From a virus (Duplodnaviria > Heunggongvirae > Uroviricota > Caudoviricetes), in the IMG/VR virus record IMGVR_UViG_3300026549_000033, positions 131,222-195,221 of that record: 64,000 nucleotides of DNA. One strand, given 5' to 3'. Below the pieces are notes generated by a model. That model searched no databases. It was not told where the DNA came from and saw only the letters and a list, made by a program, of their open reading frames with translations. The translations under genes and the position numbers were made by a program. Shown piece after piece: positions 38,180-48,410 of the stretch. The first letter of the stretch is position 1, and each line of letters opens with the position of its first letter.

Positions 38180-39157
38180 ATGGAAACAGCTACACCAACA
38201 ATAAGTTTAAAAAGACTACCAATAGGGAATTATTTAATTGAATTAGTAAAAGTTGAAGATTTCAAAAAGTACTACTATGAAAATTTAGAGTATTTTTCAA
38301 ATACAGCTTTCAACTCTTACTTAAAAGCTGTAGACATTCCTCCAAAGTTCTTTAAAGAAAATCCTGTTGAAACACAAAAAGAACTCTTAGATAATAGAGA
38401 AGTTTTTGTAAAAGAACACAAGAAGTACTTTGATAAAGTAATTGTGGTCGCAAGAGTTAAATTAGACAATCGTATTATCAACGCCTGCCGTATGGTAGAG
38501 AAAGAAGCTCTTGATAGCTATGAGAGACTTAAAACAATTGATCAGGTTACAGATAAATTTGAGCACCGCTCTTTTGAAAAAGACGGATACATTTCTTATA
38601 TTGTTTCAAGAGGGGATATAAAGAATAACAAGGATAATCAAGTTTTGGCAATAGACTTTCCTATTCTCTTAAATAAAAAAGCAGTTATTCATAAAGCACT
38701 TTATACTTTACCTAATGAAACTTTTGCTACTCCTATTGAGCACATTCATTACTTAACAGGAGAAGAAGTGGACTTTGAGTGCGAATACTCAGATATTAAG
38801 TGCGCTATAGATAATAAAAGAGATTTCTTGGTAGAAGAAAGAACAGAAGCTGAACCTCAAAATATTTTAAGAGAACCTGAAGTTGTTTCCTTAGCTTTAT
38901 GCCAAGCAGGTGTTATCCCTAATAGTTATATCAGTAAAATAGGGGACTACATTAAAAATAATACTAAAGGTATCTTAACAACAGATAGACTTGAAAGTCT
39001 TGTTTTAGACTACGACGAAACAGTTAGAAGCTACAAGCAGGTTACAGCTTTACGCGGAGTTTGTGGCTTCACAATTCTTAAAGTTTTAGAGAGTCCTGAT
39101 TTCAAAGAGATGGTTGAAGAAATGGAATCAGCTTTAGACCAAATAGACGAACTATAG
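38180..39157 (+). CDS. Hypothetical protein
   Basis: 325-aa ORF with RBS, co-oriented with primase. Confidence 0.55.
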   Translation: METATPTISLKRLPIGNYLIELVKVEDFKKYYYENLEYFSNTAFNSYLKAVDIPPKFFKENPVETQKELLDNREVFVKEHKKYFDKVIVVARVKLDNRIINACRMVEKEALDSYERLKTIDQVTDKFEHRSFEKDGYISYIVSRGDIKNNKDNQVLAIDFPILLNKKAVIHKALYTLPNETFATPIEHIHYLTGEEVDFECEYSDIKCAIDNKRDFLVEERTEAEPQNILREPEVVSLALCQAGVIPNSYISKIGDYIKNNTKGILTTDRLESLVLDYDETVRSYKQVTALRGVCGFTILKVLESPDFKEMVEEMESALDQIDEL

Positions 39158-39221
39158 AAATAAATATTAAATTTTATTAAACGACGAATATTACGAATTA
39201 TAAAATGGGAGAAAATCGAAT

Positions 39222-39371
39222 ATGTCAAAAGAAGTTACTGTAGATTTCATAAGATGTCCTGAATGCTCTTATGTGTACGAAGCGGTTTTAGACAAATGTC
39301 CTCAATGCCAAAAACCTACTGTCATTAATGAGGAAGAACTTTCACAGGAAGTTTTCAATTTAAATGATTAG
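39222..39371 (+). CDS. 49-aa zinc-ribbon protein (below ORF-track cutoff)
   Basis: MSKEVTVDFIRCPECSYVYEAVLDKCPQC...; late motif at 39166 and terminator after. Confidence 0.6.
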   Translation: MSKEVTVDFIRCPECSYVYEAVLDKCPQCQKPTVINEEELSQEVFNLND

Positions 39372-39391
39372 TTTTGTTGGTTGTATGTCAT

Positions 39392-39429
39392 AGTAGGAGT
39401 TTTCCGGTTTTTAACTCCTACTTTTCTTT
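39392..39429 (+). terminator. Intrinsic terminator
   Basis: AGTAGGAGTT...AACTCCTACT followed by TTTCTTT. Confidence 0.6.
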
Positions 39430-39466
39430 AATAACTGCAGTTAAAATAAGAACGTTGGGAATCTAA

Positions 39467-40087
39467 ATGGTAAAAAAGAAAGAAGAAGAGAAAAAAGAGA
39501 GTTTCTACAGCAGTAGTATGACTCTCAAACCTACTCAAAAAATTCGTAGGAAAAATAAAAAGACAAGATTACAAGAGCTTTATAATGAAGGGAAGATAAC
39601 TTCCGAAGAATTTTATCAAGAGCTAACAAAATTTATTAAATGGAGGTTAATGACGGACCTCATTCGTAGAGGTTACTACATTAATGGGGTTCGTCAAAAT
39701 AACTTTACAAGAGACGAATGTGACGCTTGTTACACTCATGTTTTGCATAAAATAGTGCACGAGTATAGTCCTTCTAAAGGTACTTTAGCAACTTATGTTA
39801 GATGGCAAATTCGTGGTTGGGGTCAGCTCGTAATTCAAAAACAGGTAAGAAATCATAAGTACAATCCAAAAGGCATGGTTTCTTTGGATTGTACAAATAT
39901 GTATAATGTGAAATTAGAGGAATATAGAAGTAGCTGTAAAGCTCCTGAGGATATGGAAGCAATTCTTGATCATGATCTTTTTGGGAATTCTATCCTTGAT
40001 AATATTTCGCAATCAGAAGTAGAAGATATAAGAGTAAAAGTAAAGCAATTAAAGAAAGAAAGAGAGTATTTCGAGTGGTTGGGATAA
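39467..40087 (+). CDS. Phage sigma factor (region 2 only; T4 gp55-like late sigma candidate)
   Basis: EYSPSKGTLATYVRWQIRG resembles sigma70 region 2.3-2.4, followed by VSLD; no evident region-4 HTH. Confidence 0.65.
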   Translation: MVKKKEEEKKESFYSSSMTLKPTQKIRRKNKKTRLQELYNEGKITSEEFYQELTKFIKWRLMTDLIRRGYYINGVRQNNFTRDECDACYTHVLHKIVHEYSPSKGTLATYVRWQIRGWGQLVIQKQVRNHKYNPKGMVSLDCTNMYNVKLEEYRSSCKAPEDMEAILDHDLFGNSILDNISQSEVEDIRVKVKQLKKEREYFEWLG

Positions 40088-40695
40088 AGATGAAAGACAT
40101 AGATAGAGACTTGCTCATGATATTTGCTTTGAGTTATGAGTACTCTATGAGTTTCACAAATTTATTGAAATTATTTAAAATTTCAAAGCAGTATTTTTGG
40201 ACATTCATGGAAATTTGCAGTCCTATGATAAAAATGGGTGTTCGTAAGGCCTCTATGCTGAGAAGGTCTGTGAGTAAAATTCTCCCTTATTTAACAGGAG
40301 AGGGAGAAAAGGAAACTCTTACAGCAAAAGAGGATAATATGTTGGATTTATTCAGATGGTTTGTAGAAGAGAGCTTTTCTGATGGGGACGGTTGTTTAAC
40401 AATTGACCAATTAGAGGCTCTCCCTTTTGCAAAAGGTTATACGAAGCAAGATGTTTGCGTGGCTCCTACTCATAAAAGTTTAGTAAATAATCTTGATAGA
40501 GTTGAATACATAACAATCGGAGAAGATAGATTTTATAAAACTTCTAAAATGGGTTATTATATGGAAAAATTCTGCGGAGACATGGATATGAATCAAATAA
40601 ATAACCTTACAATAAAGGATATGTTAAGAAAGGTAAATGAAGGTCAAGATGAGTTGGAGCAAAGAGAAAAGGAGTGCTGCAAACAAAGGGTTTGA
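40075..40695 (+). CDS. Hypothetical protein
   Basis: Coupled ORF; likely start ATG 40090. Confidence 0.5.
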   Translation: MVGIKMKDIDRDLLMIFALSYEYSMSFTNLLKLFKISKQYFWTFMEICSPMIKMGVRKASMLRRSVSKILPYLTGEGEKETLTAKEDNMLDLFRWFVEESFSDGDGCLTIDQLEALPFAKGYTKQDVCVAPTHKSLVNNLDRVEYITIGEDRFYKTSKMGYYMEKFCGDMDMNQINNLTIKDMLRKVNEGQDELEQREKECCKQRV

Positions 40696-40912
40696 GCAAC
40701 TTCTTGGAGTTCATATGAACGCTTTAGAGGAAAACTCTCATTCTGTGGTTGAAATTTTGGAGATACTATCAAGTAGAGAGCTTTCTGCAAAAGATAAAAA
40801 TTCTTTGAAAAAGATAAGCAGAGAATTAAAGGCAGTAGATAAGAAAATAGATAGTTTAGGAAAAACTCCTAAGGTACAAGAAGAGAAAGAGGAAGATTGG
40901 TTTGAGTTTTGA
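40637..40912 (+). CDS. Small protein with acidic-aromatic C-terminal tail
   Basis: Ends EEKEEDWFEF. Confidence 0.5.
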   Translation: MKVKMSWSKEKRSAANKGFEQLLGVHMNALEENSHSVVEILEILSSRELSAKDKNSLKKISRELKAVDKKIDSLGKTPKVQEEKEEDWFEF

Positions 40913-41354
40913 TTTCAGTCCTGATTTAACTCCTGAACCTAAAAAAGAAAAACCCGCAGTAAAAGCAGAGGTTGTAGATACAGGAACAGAAAATTCTTTA
41001 GTAACAGGAAACGTAGCAACTTCAGATGTTGTAACAATGAACAATTTGCTAGGTCTTACACAAAGTCATATTAATGATGATAATGAGTGTAGGGCTTGTG
41101 TTAATATGCTTACCCAAGAGTTAAATGACAGTATTCATTTAATGAGCATAAAAGACCTTATTGATTACTTAAAGGTTAAAATAAGGGAAAGAGAATTTCA
41201 TGTAGATTGTATATTTAAAGCTTATGCGTTTATTCAGAAGTCGGAATTTGCAAGAGAAATGCTCGTAGGCTCTACAAGAAAAGAAAGAATTATCGAAGTT
41301 TCTGATAGGAAGAGAATTACAGGCTTGCTGAATATGTTGAATAACACGGATTAG
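40902..41354 (+). CDS. Possible terminase small subunit
   Basis: 150-aa helical ORF immediately upstream of the large terminase (position only). Confidence 0.35.
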   Translation: MSFDFSPDLTPEPKKEKPAVKAEVVDTGTENSLVTGNVATSDVVTMNNLLGLTQSHINDDNECRACVNMLTQELNDSIHLMSIKDLIDYLKVKIREREFHVDCIFKAYAFIQKSEFAREMLVGSTRKERIIEVSDRKRITGLLNMLNNTD

Positions 41355-41362
41355 GTTAAGGA

Positions 41363-43312
41363 ATGTTAAGAGAAGCAGAAGAACAGCTATTAAGAAGCTA
41401 CTTAAAAGAAAAGAAGATGATGTCAGACGATAACATCACCTACTTTATGAATGAGTTTGAGAAGCTCACAGAACAAGAAAAGTCTGAAGTTATCTATGAG
41501 GCTGTAGGGAAAGAGATTTATAAAACAAACCCTGTAGACGTAATAACTTTTATTGAAGATCCATACTTCTTAGGTTCTGTATATGACACCGTTTTTAAGA
41601 TATGGAAGGATATGATACAAGAAATATACCCTGCTCCTTTCTGTAAGAAGTATGACGAAGTTATTCTTTCGTGTGCTACAAGATCGGGCAAAACGTACAT
41701 GGACACTTTCGTTGCTTGCTATGAGCTGTACTTATTAACGTGCCTTATTGACCCTTTAAAAACATATTCAGTTTCAAATATAGTATTTGCACTTTTGAGT
41801 AAAGATGCGGCCACTGCGGTTTCTCAGATTGGCGGGGAAGTCTACCGCTGTTTAACGCAGTCACCGTACTTTAAAGATGTAACCAGAGACAAACTCTCAT
41901 TCTCTAAATTAGATAAAGATGGCGTAAGGGTAACAGACGATATTATTTTTAAAGCAGGTTCTTCAATAAGTACAGTTATTGGTACAAACCTATTCTATGG
42001 GGTAGTGGACGAAATAAATGCAAAACCTACTAACGTCGCGGCTGAGCACCTCATTGAAAACAGAATGAAGTTATACCAAGAAATGCGAGACAGACGTGAG
42101 TCCTCATTCTCCAAAGCTCCAAAAAGAACAGGTATGCTAATGTTTACTTCCTCTCCTACAGACGAAGGAGACGTTCTTTCAGAAATTATAGCTGATACAC
42201 AGAAAAATGGGATTCCTGGAGTTCTTATAAGAGATAATATTCCTCGTTGGGAAGCCCGTGAAGAAGATATGGACGAAACTTTTGAGTTCTTTTTAGGTTC
42301 TGACACAAAAGACCCATGTATTGTAGATGAAACTGTAGAATTAAAACCTGAAGAACTTGATAGGGTTATACAGATTCCTGCAAAAGCTGATTATTATGCG
42401 CAATTCAGTTCTGACCCTTATTTAGCAATTCAAAATATTGCAGGAAGAAGAACAATGCCTTCAATGGCCTTATTTAATACAGTAGCAGCTTTTGAAAAGG
42501 TTTTCTGTAAAGAACAAGATATATTTATGACAGATACACCTCAAATTTCTATAGATAGCTTTAGGACTTTAGAGGACTTCTTATATGACGATAAGAAGAA
42601 CTATTTCTCCCACCCTAATAGACCTGACTGCTATAGATATATTCATTTAGATATTGCGGAAAAGAAGGATAGGTTTGGTTTGGCGTCTGCATATTCTGAT
42701 AGAGTGAAATTTACAAGTGAGGATGGGCACGAGATTTATAGAAGAATGTATTTTGTGGACTTCTGTTTAGGGGTTACTGCAAAGAATAAAGAATCAGTGG
42801 ATATTCTGAAGGTATTGGAGTTTGTTTATTCATTGAAAGAGAAGGGCTATCCATTAAAGATTGTGAGTACGGACAGCCATCAGGGGGAACTAGCAAGACA
42901 AATCATAGCTAAAAAAGGTAAAGTAAAGACAGAATATCTATCCATGGAAAAAACAAAAGAACCTTACCTCAATTTAAAGAATATAATCCTCACAGGTTGT
43001 TTAGAAGGCTACAAGAATCCACCTCTTATGAGAGAACTTCGTGGTTTGAGAGAATCCCAAAAGAAAATTGAAAAAGGCAAAGGCTACACAGATGATATGT
43101 CAGACGCTTTGGCAGGTGCCTTATGGATGTGCTCTCAAGATAAGTTTTATAAGAAGAACAATGAAGCTATATCTGATATTATTCAGCAAGCAGGTAAAAT
43201 GACACTCTCAGGACCCACAGCCACAACAAGAAATATGAGAGGTCTTGCAAGAGAAATAAATAATAGGAGTCCTTTTAGAAGAAGTGACCTTGGATTTAGA
43301 TATGGTAGGTAA
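41363..43312 (+). CDS. terL: Terminase large subunit
   Basis: Walker A CATRSGKT, Walker B GVVDE, motif III TSS, nuclease HLDIA and DDMSDAL. Confidence 0.9.
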   Translation: MLREAEEQLLRSYLKEKKMMSDDNITYFMNEFEKLTEQEKSEVIYEAVGKEIYKTNPVDVITFIEDPYFLGSVYDTVFKIWKDMIQEIYPAPFCKKYDEVILSCATRSGKTYMDTFVACYELYLLTCLIDPLKTYSVSNIVFALLSKDAATAVSQIGGEVYRCLTQSPYFKDVTRDKLSFSKLDKDGVRVTDDIIFKAGSSISTVIGTNLFYGVVDEINAKPTNVAAEHLIENRMKLYQEMRDRRESSFSKAPKRTGMLMFTSSPTDEGDVLSEIIADTQKNGIPGVLIRDNIPRWEAREEDMDETFEFFLGSDTKDPCIVDETVELKPEELDRVIQIPAKADYYAQFSSDPYLAIQNIAGRRTMPSMALFNTVAAFEKVFCKEQDIFMTDTPQISIDSFRTLEDFLYDDKKNYFSHPNRPDCYRYIHLDIAEKKDRFGLASAYSDRVKFTSEDGHEIYRRMYFVDFCLGVTAKNKESVDILKVLEFVYSLKEKGYPLKIVSTDSHQGELARQIIAKKGKVKTEYLSMEKTKEPYLNLKNIILTGCLEGYKNPPLMRELRGLRESQKKIEKGKGYTDDMSDALAGALWMCSQDKFYKKNNEAISDIIQQAGKMTLSGPTATTRNMRGLAREINNRSPFRRSDLGFRYGR

Positions 43313-43349
43313 ATATTAAATTAAATTATAGAACAGGAAAAAATTTAAA

Positions 43350-45122
43350 ATGAGCGATTTTTTAGATAACTTAGGAAAATTTATAAACGAAAGCTGTTGT
43401 GGATATTATAGCCAATCTACTTCTCAAGGTGGGGCTTCGGCAGCAGCTATAAAGGCCTTAAAAGGAATGTATGCAGTGGATACTCCTATAGGAGATTATA
43501 CTTCCTATGGTATGAATAACTCTATAAGAGGACAGGTTGCTAAACAAGCTGAATATACTCTACAGCAAAGAAACTACCTCCTTTCTCAGATTGACCGTAT
43601 CTCAGGATTTTGGATATCCCACGCAATTAAATCTTGTATAGCTTCTGATGGATTTAATGATTTATGCTCAAAGTATGATATTTTTATTCAATACACAGAT
43701 TCTGAAGACAAAGAAAAAACACAGAAATTTACAGAAGACATTAAGAAACTCTTAAAGAGAACTTCCTTTATAGATATCCTTAAAGATTGTGTAATGAATG
43801 AAGGTTTAGATTACTGCGAACTTTTTCTTTCAACTCCTGCAAGAAATGGCTACGGTATAGAATATGTTTCTGATAACCTTTCTACAAGAGAACATATAGG
43901 TATTTATAAAAATACAAATTTAATAGGGGCTATAAGATTTGAAATAACCCCAAAAGGAGCTATAAGAGGGAAAGAATTTATAAAAGCTAATGACATCTCC
44001 CATTTTCTCCTTGGCTATAAGAAAATCCCTCTTTCCATAAGTCAAAATTTCAATAAGAAATACCACATTCCTGAAAAAATTAGGTGTGCCTATCCTATTT
44101 TAACTCCTGTAATTGACATGATAATTCAATACGACCAACTTCAAAAATTACAGGCAGCTCTTGAGATGATTAAAGCAACACAACCTATTGTAATGGGTGT
44201 TGGCGTTTCTGCTGAAAATAATATATCTGATATTATAGGTCAACTTCAAGAGTGGGGTTTAACTCTTAACGAGAATAAAAATAATATTATTGGTAACTTA
44301 GATACATGTGATACAGCAAGTATCATGCAGTCTATGTTTAATATTTTAATGATACCTTATTCAGTTGAGGAAGGTGTTAACTCCTTAAGACAAGTAGCAA
44401 TAGATTTCCCTAATAGTAATCTTCCTCAAGTTTTGGATGATTTAAGAAGAAGTATAGCATTAGCTATAGGTATTCCTGAGGATTATATAGCTCTAGCAAA
44501 TGGATCAAAAGAAAATAAGGACGACCACATATCCACAAATCCAAGATATTCAAAAATGTTAAGTATGATACAACAATCTCTTGCTAAGGGTGTAGTGGAT
44601 TTTATCTATAAACATTTAACTACAAGATATACAAATTCAGAAGGAATACTTACTCAAACTGTAGATAAAGATAAGATTGAAGTACTATTTAAGTCTTCAA
44701 CAAATATTAACAATAAACTTGAAGAAGAACGGTTAATGCTTAAAGCTGAAAATATGAGTAATATGGTGAACGTCATAGATAGTATAGCGTCTTCACCAAA
44801 TATACCTGCAAAAGTTAAAGGTGATAATTTCTTACAATATTGGTATACAGAAATGGAGAAAAATCCATTCTTGCGTGATATTTTTGAGAAGATGACACCT
44901 GAGGAAATGCAAGCTCAGTATGGCCCTGATATGGAACCAAATACAGGAGATGAGGCTCAAGGAGCAGAAAAAGGTGGAGAACAACCTGCTGAAAAACCAC
45001 AAAAAGGTGAAAAGCAAGAAGTTGAACCTCAGCAAAAGCAAGAAGTTGAACAAGTTGTAAAAGAACCTCAAGAAACTGCGGATACTAAAGAGGAAGAAGT
45101 AATTAGAAATACGTTTCAATAA
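43350..45122 (+). CDS. Portal protein (T4 gp20-like)
   Basis: Follows terminase; LRRSIALAIGIPEDY...RYSKMLSMIQ portal-type motif. Confidence 0.75.
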   Translation: MSDFLDNLGKFINESCCGYYSQSTSQGGASAAAIKALKGMYAVDTPIGDYTSYGMNNSIRGQVAKQAEYTLQQRNYLLSQIDRISGFWISHAIKSCIASDGFNDLCSKYDIFIQYTDSEDKEKTQKFTEDIKKLLKRTSFIDILKDCVMNEGLDYCELFLSTPARNGYGIEYVSDNLSTREHIGIYKNTNLIGAIRFEITPKGAIRGKEFIKANDISHFLLGYKKIPLSISQNFNKKYHIPEKIRCAYPILTPVIDMIIQYDQLQKLQAALEMIKATQPIVMGVGVSAENNISDIIGQLQEWGLTLNENKNNIIGNLDTCDTASIMQSMFNILMIPYSVEEGVNSLRQVAIDFPNSNLPQVLDDLRRSIALAIGIPEDYIALANGSKENKDDHISTNPRYSKMLSMIQQSLAKGVVDFIYKHLTTRYTNSEGILTQTVDKDKIEVLFKSSTNINNKLEEERLMLKAENMSNMVNVIDSIASSPNIPAKVKGDNFLQYWYTEMEKNPFLRDIFEKMTPEEMQAQYGPDMEPNTGDEAQGAEKGGEQPAEKPQKGEKQEVEPQQKQEVEQVVKEPQETADTKEEEVIRNTFQ

Positions 45123-45139
45123 TTAAGGAGTTTATAATA

Positions 45140-45475
45140 ATGGATATTTTTGAAAGTTTGGAAAATTTGAATGTCTCTGAAGAATGTTTTAACGAGATAA
45201 TGGGATTAGTGGAAGAATATATAAGTGAAACTTCTGACGAAAGAGCCCATGCAGCTTCAGAAGAATCCCACAAGAGATATAATAACGCTCGTAATGCGTA
45301 TGACACGACTAAAACAATGATTGATAGAAATAAGAAGAATAAGTTCTTTTCTGCTGAAGAAATAAAAGAACTTAAAGATAAGTTAAAACAGCAAAAACAA
45401 GAACTTAAAAATGCTGAAAGAATTTCTGTAAGGGATAATAAAAATCAATTTAATAGAGATAAGAGATTAAAATAA
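45140..45475 (+). CDS. Putative internal head protein
   Basis: N-terminal VSEECFNEIMGLVEEYISE tag followed by a basic domain. Confidence 0.6.
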   Translation: MDIFESLENLNVSEECFNEIMGLVEEYISETSDERAHAASEESHKRYNNARNAYDTTKTMIDRNKKNKFFSAEEIKELKDKLKQQKQELKNAERISVRDNKNQFNRDKRLK

Positions 45476-45481
45476 GTAAAG

Positions 45482-45515
45482 AAAGCACCTCCCCACAGGT
45501 GCTTTTTCTTTTCTT
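45482..45515 (+). terminator. Intrinsic terminator
   Basis: AAAGCACCT-6nt-AGGTGCTTT plus T tract. Confidence 0.75.
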
Positions 45516-45575
45516 TTTCTTCCTGATTAAATTATAACCTTAGATAATATTATTTAATAAGGAAAGGCTTTTATA

Positions 45576-48398
45576 ATGTCAGACATATTAGAAGAAATAC
45601 AGGAATTAAGTAACAAATTCAGTAATTTATTTGAAGTAGACGGAGACGGTTTGGGAAATCCTGCAGTAGACGTTCCTCCTTCTCAAAATAAAATTAAAAG
45701 GGATAGAAGAACAAAAGACGGTAAAGTAGAGGTTGTTTCTGTAGAGGATGAATTATTCCCTTATGATGGAAACAAAAGAGAACAATATAGACAAAAAATT
45801 CTTGATACAATAAATAATATGATACAAGGTACCGCTACTTTGGAAGATTTGTTGCAGATTGTAAGACAGAAAAAAGCTCCTTTAAAAGAAGCTATGGAAT
45901 TGATGGAAGATACTATTTCTTACATTCAAAAACAAGAACAGCCTATCCTTAAAAAAGGAAGAGCAAATGCTTTAAGAAAACTTTCTAACAACTCAGAGCT
46001 CAAGAATAAGTTCAAAAAACTTGGTAAAGAAGACGCAGAAATGGTTTCAGCAGCTTTTAATTCAAAAAAAGACCAAGAAAAATTAGAAAAATTAGGCAGT
46101 TTAAGACGAAAAGCTCAAGACGTAAAGATGAAGGATTGGCAACAAATGGGAAATCCTCGTAGAAAGACCAAGAATGAGATAGGAGCTGAAAAAACAGAAG
46201 CTAGAAGATATGGGGAAACTTATCGTGAAGATAAGGGGTATGATAGAGTTGATACAGACGAGCCTATTCCATATCATATAGGAGACTCAAAAGGGTATCC
46301 CCATTATGAAGAACCTAAATCTGATAAGCAAAGAATAAAGGATTCAATAGCTCGTCATGAAAAAAAGAATTCTTTGAAAGAAGCTATGGAATTGATGGAA
46401 GATATAAGGTCTGCTATAGAGAAGAAACATGGAAAACCTGAGTATTATAGCGGGAGAAGCCCCTGGCAAGTAGGGCGTGAACCTGCTAATAAATCTGCTG
46501 AATTGACACAAAAAGCAAATGAAATTAAAGAAAAAGAAGCTCTTCAAGCAGCAGAAAGAGAATTAGATAAAGATAGACCTGATTTGAAAGACGCTCATCC
46601 CGCAAAAAAGAACTATAAAGTAGCAGACTATTATGGTCAAATAATGGCAAGAAGAAATGGAAAAGCTCCTTTAAAAGAAGCTATGGAAGTTCTTGAAGAT
46701 ATCTATACTATGATAGATAAGAAATATCCTGAAGGCTCAAGAAAGAAGTCATTATTAAAAATAAAAGCTCAAAATAATAGGTTAAGGTCTTATCATGATA
46801 TGGATTCAAGAAAACCCATTAATGGGGAAAATAGCATTGATAAAGCTATAGGGGCGTACACTAAAAATGCTAAGGGTAATGCTAAAACTGATAGTAGAAG
46901 AGATGTTGTAGACCAAGAGTACGCTAATTTAGATAGGAAAAACGATCCTGAAGGTAAAAAAGCAACTCAGAAGTCCATTGATCGTCATTTTGATAAGGTA
47001 CTGTATAAACCTTTAAAGAGTCAAGCAAATATAACAAGAAAAGCTGTAGCAACGGAAAAGTTTAAAAGAATGAATTCTGAAGCTTTAGAAGAAGCTATAG
47101 AACTAATGGAAGAACTCCTTTTAGAAAGAAACAAAGAAAATAGAGATAAAAAAGAAAAGTGGGAATTAAAAACTAATAATATCACTAAGAAATATAAGAA
47201 AGCTATTCAGGATTATGCGAAGCAGGAAGGAGACGAAGCTAAATTTCATAGAGCAGCGGCAGCAGACTACGACCATATTTACTCACAGCAACCTGCTAAG
47301 GCTCCTGATGGTTCTCCTAATTCTGTAGCAGCGTATTTCAATGACAAATATCAAGAAATGCTTAGAAATAAAGGTAGAAATGAGCAAAACATAGCTGACG
47401 AGGTAGAACCTTTAACTAAGAAACTAAAGAACAGAAAGCACTCTTTCCATGATAGAGTTAGAGGATGGACAGAATCAGAAGTTTTAGAGGAAGCTATGAA
47501 AGTTCTTGAAGAATTAATTGGTGAAGGTAGAAATTTAGAAGACGTTGTTGTAAGAGGATATAATAAAGGTAAAGTTCCTTTAGACGACTTACAGAAGTTA
47601 ATGGATAAGGCTCACGAAGTTCCTTCTGACTCTTCATACTTTCACAAATCTAAAGGTGAAAAAGGTGAGCTGAGAACTAAACATCGTCATATGGATTATG
47701 AACGTAATGTTCTTTCAGACGGTTGGGGAAAAGACGATAACAAAAAAATTGAAGCTTCTATAAAAAGAAAAGCAAAAAATGATAAATCTTTCCCTGTCTT
47801 TCAAGCATTAAAAGCTTATAAAGAGGGTAAAGCTGATCTTAAAGAAGCTCTTTCCCTTACAGAAGAAATAATAAATGAAGTTTCTGTAAAAAAGTGGAAA
47901 GAAGCTGCTAAGAATTCTATCGAAGGAAGAAAAGAAGCAGCAAGTGACGCTTCTGATAGATTTGGAGAAGTAGTTTATCCCTTCAGAGGTGAAGTTAATG
48001 ACCCCGGCCATAAATTAGGTAATGCTTGGGATAAAGCTGAGCAGAGAGCTGATAGAGCTGAACAGTTAGCTAAAAATTTACCTGACAGTAATAAATCTGC
48101 TACAAAGCTAAAGCAAGCTGCTAAAAAAGTGGTAGATAAAAGAGATAAGGATAATGAAGAAGCTGTAGATAAATTGCAAGGTGTTATAGACAAGTTCAAA
48201 GAAAAACCTTATGATGAACGTACAGATAAAGATTATTCTGATTTGGCTAAAGTTCAGAATGAATGGGTTGATAAACAGAAAAAAGAAAACCAAGCTCGTA
48301 ATTTAGTGGGTAAACCTGAAAGAAGACCTGAGAAGAACTCTGAAGGCAAGCACAAGCTTAAGGAACAGGGTTTTATTGATAGAAGTAAAGAAGCATAG
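45576..48398 (+). CDS. Putative internal head polyprotein (7 modules, 6 LxEAxExxE(D/E) linkers)
   Basis: Linkers LKEAMELMED x2, LKEAMEVLED, LEEAIELMEE, LEEAMKVLEE, LKEALSLTEE separating unrelated charged modules. Confidence 0.6.
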   Translation: MSDILEEIQELSNKFSNLFEVDGDGLGNPAVDVPPSQNKIKRDRRTKDGKVEVVSVEDELFPYDGNKREQYRQKILDTINNMIQGTATLEDLLQIVRQKKAPLKEAMELMEDTISYIQKQEQPILKKGRANALRKLSNNSELKNKFKKLGKEDAEMVSAAFNSKKDQEKLEKLGSLRRKAQDVKMKDWQQMGNPRRKTKNEIGAEKTEARRYGETYREDKGYDRVDTDEPIPYHIGDSKGYPHYEEPKSDKQRIKDSIARHEKKNSLKEAMELMEDIRSAIEKKHGKPEYYSGRSPWQVGREPANKSAELTQKANEIKEKEALQAAERELDKDRPDLKDAHPAKKNYKVADYYGQIMARRNGKAPLKEAMEVLEDIYTMIDKKYPEGSRKKSLLKIKAQNNRLRSYHDMDSRKPINGENSIDKAIGAYTKNAKGNAKTDSRRDVVDQEYANLDRKNDPEGKKATQKSIDRHFDKVLYKPLKSQANITRKAVATEKFKRMNSEALEEAIELMEELLLERNKENRDKKEKWELKTNNITKKYKKAIQDYAKQEGDEAKFHRAAAADYDHIYSQQPAKAPDGSPNSVAAYFNDKYQEMLRNKGRNEQNIADEVEPLTKKLKNRKHSFHDRVRGWTESEVLEEAMKVLEELIGEGRNLEDVVVRGYNKGKVPLDDLQKLMDKAHEVPSDSSYFHKSKGEKGELRTKHRHMDYERNVLSDGWGKDDNKKIEASIKRKAKNDKSFPVFQALKAYKEGKADLKEALSLTEEIINEVSVKKWKEAAKNSIEGRKEAASDASDRFGEVVYPFRGEVNDPGHKLGNAWDKAEQRADRAEQLAKNLPDSNKSATKLKQAAKKVVDKRDKDNEEAVDKLQGVIDKFKEKPYDERTDKDYSDLAKVQNEWVDKQKKENQARNLVGKPERRPEKNSEGKHKLKEQGFIDRSKEA

Positions 48399-48410
48399 AG
48401 GTTAAGAATA

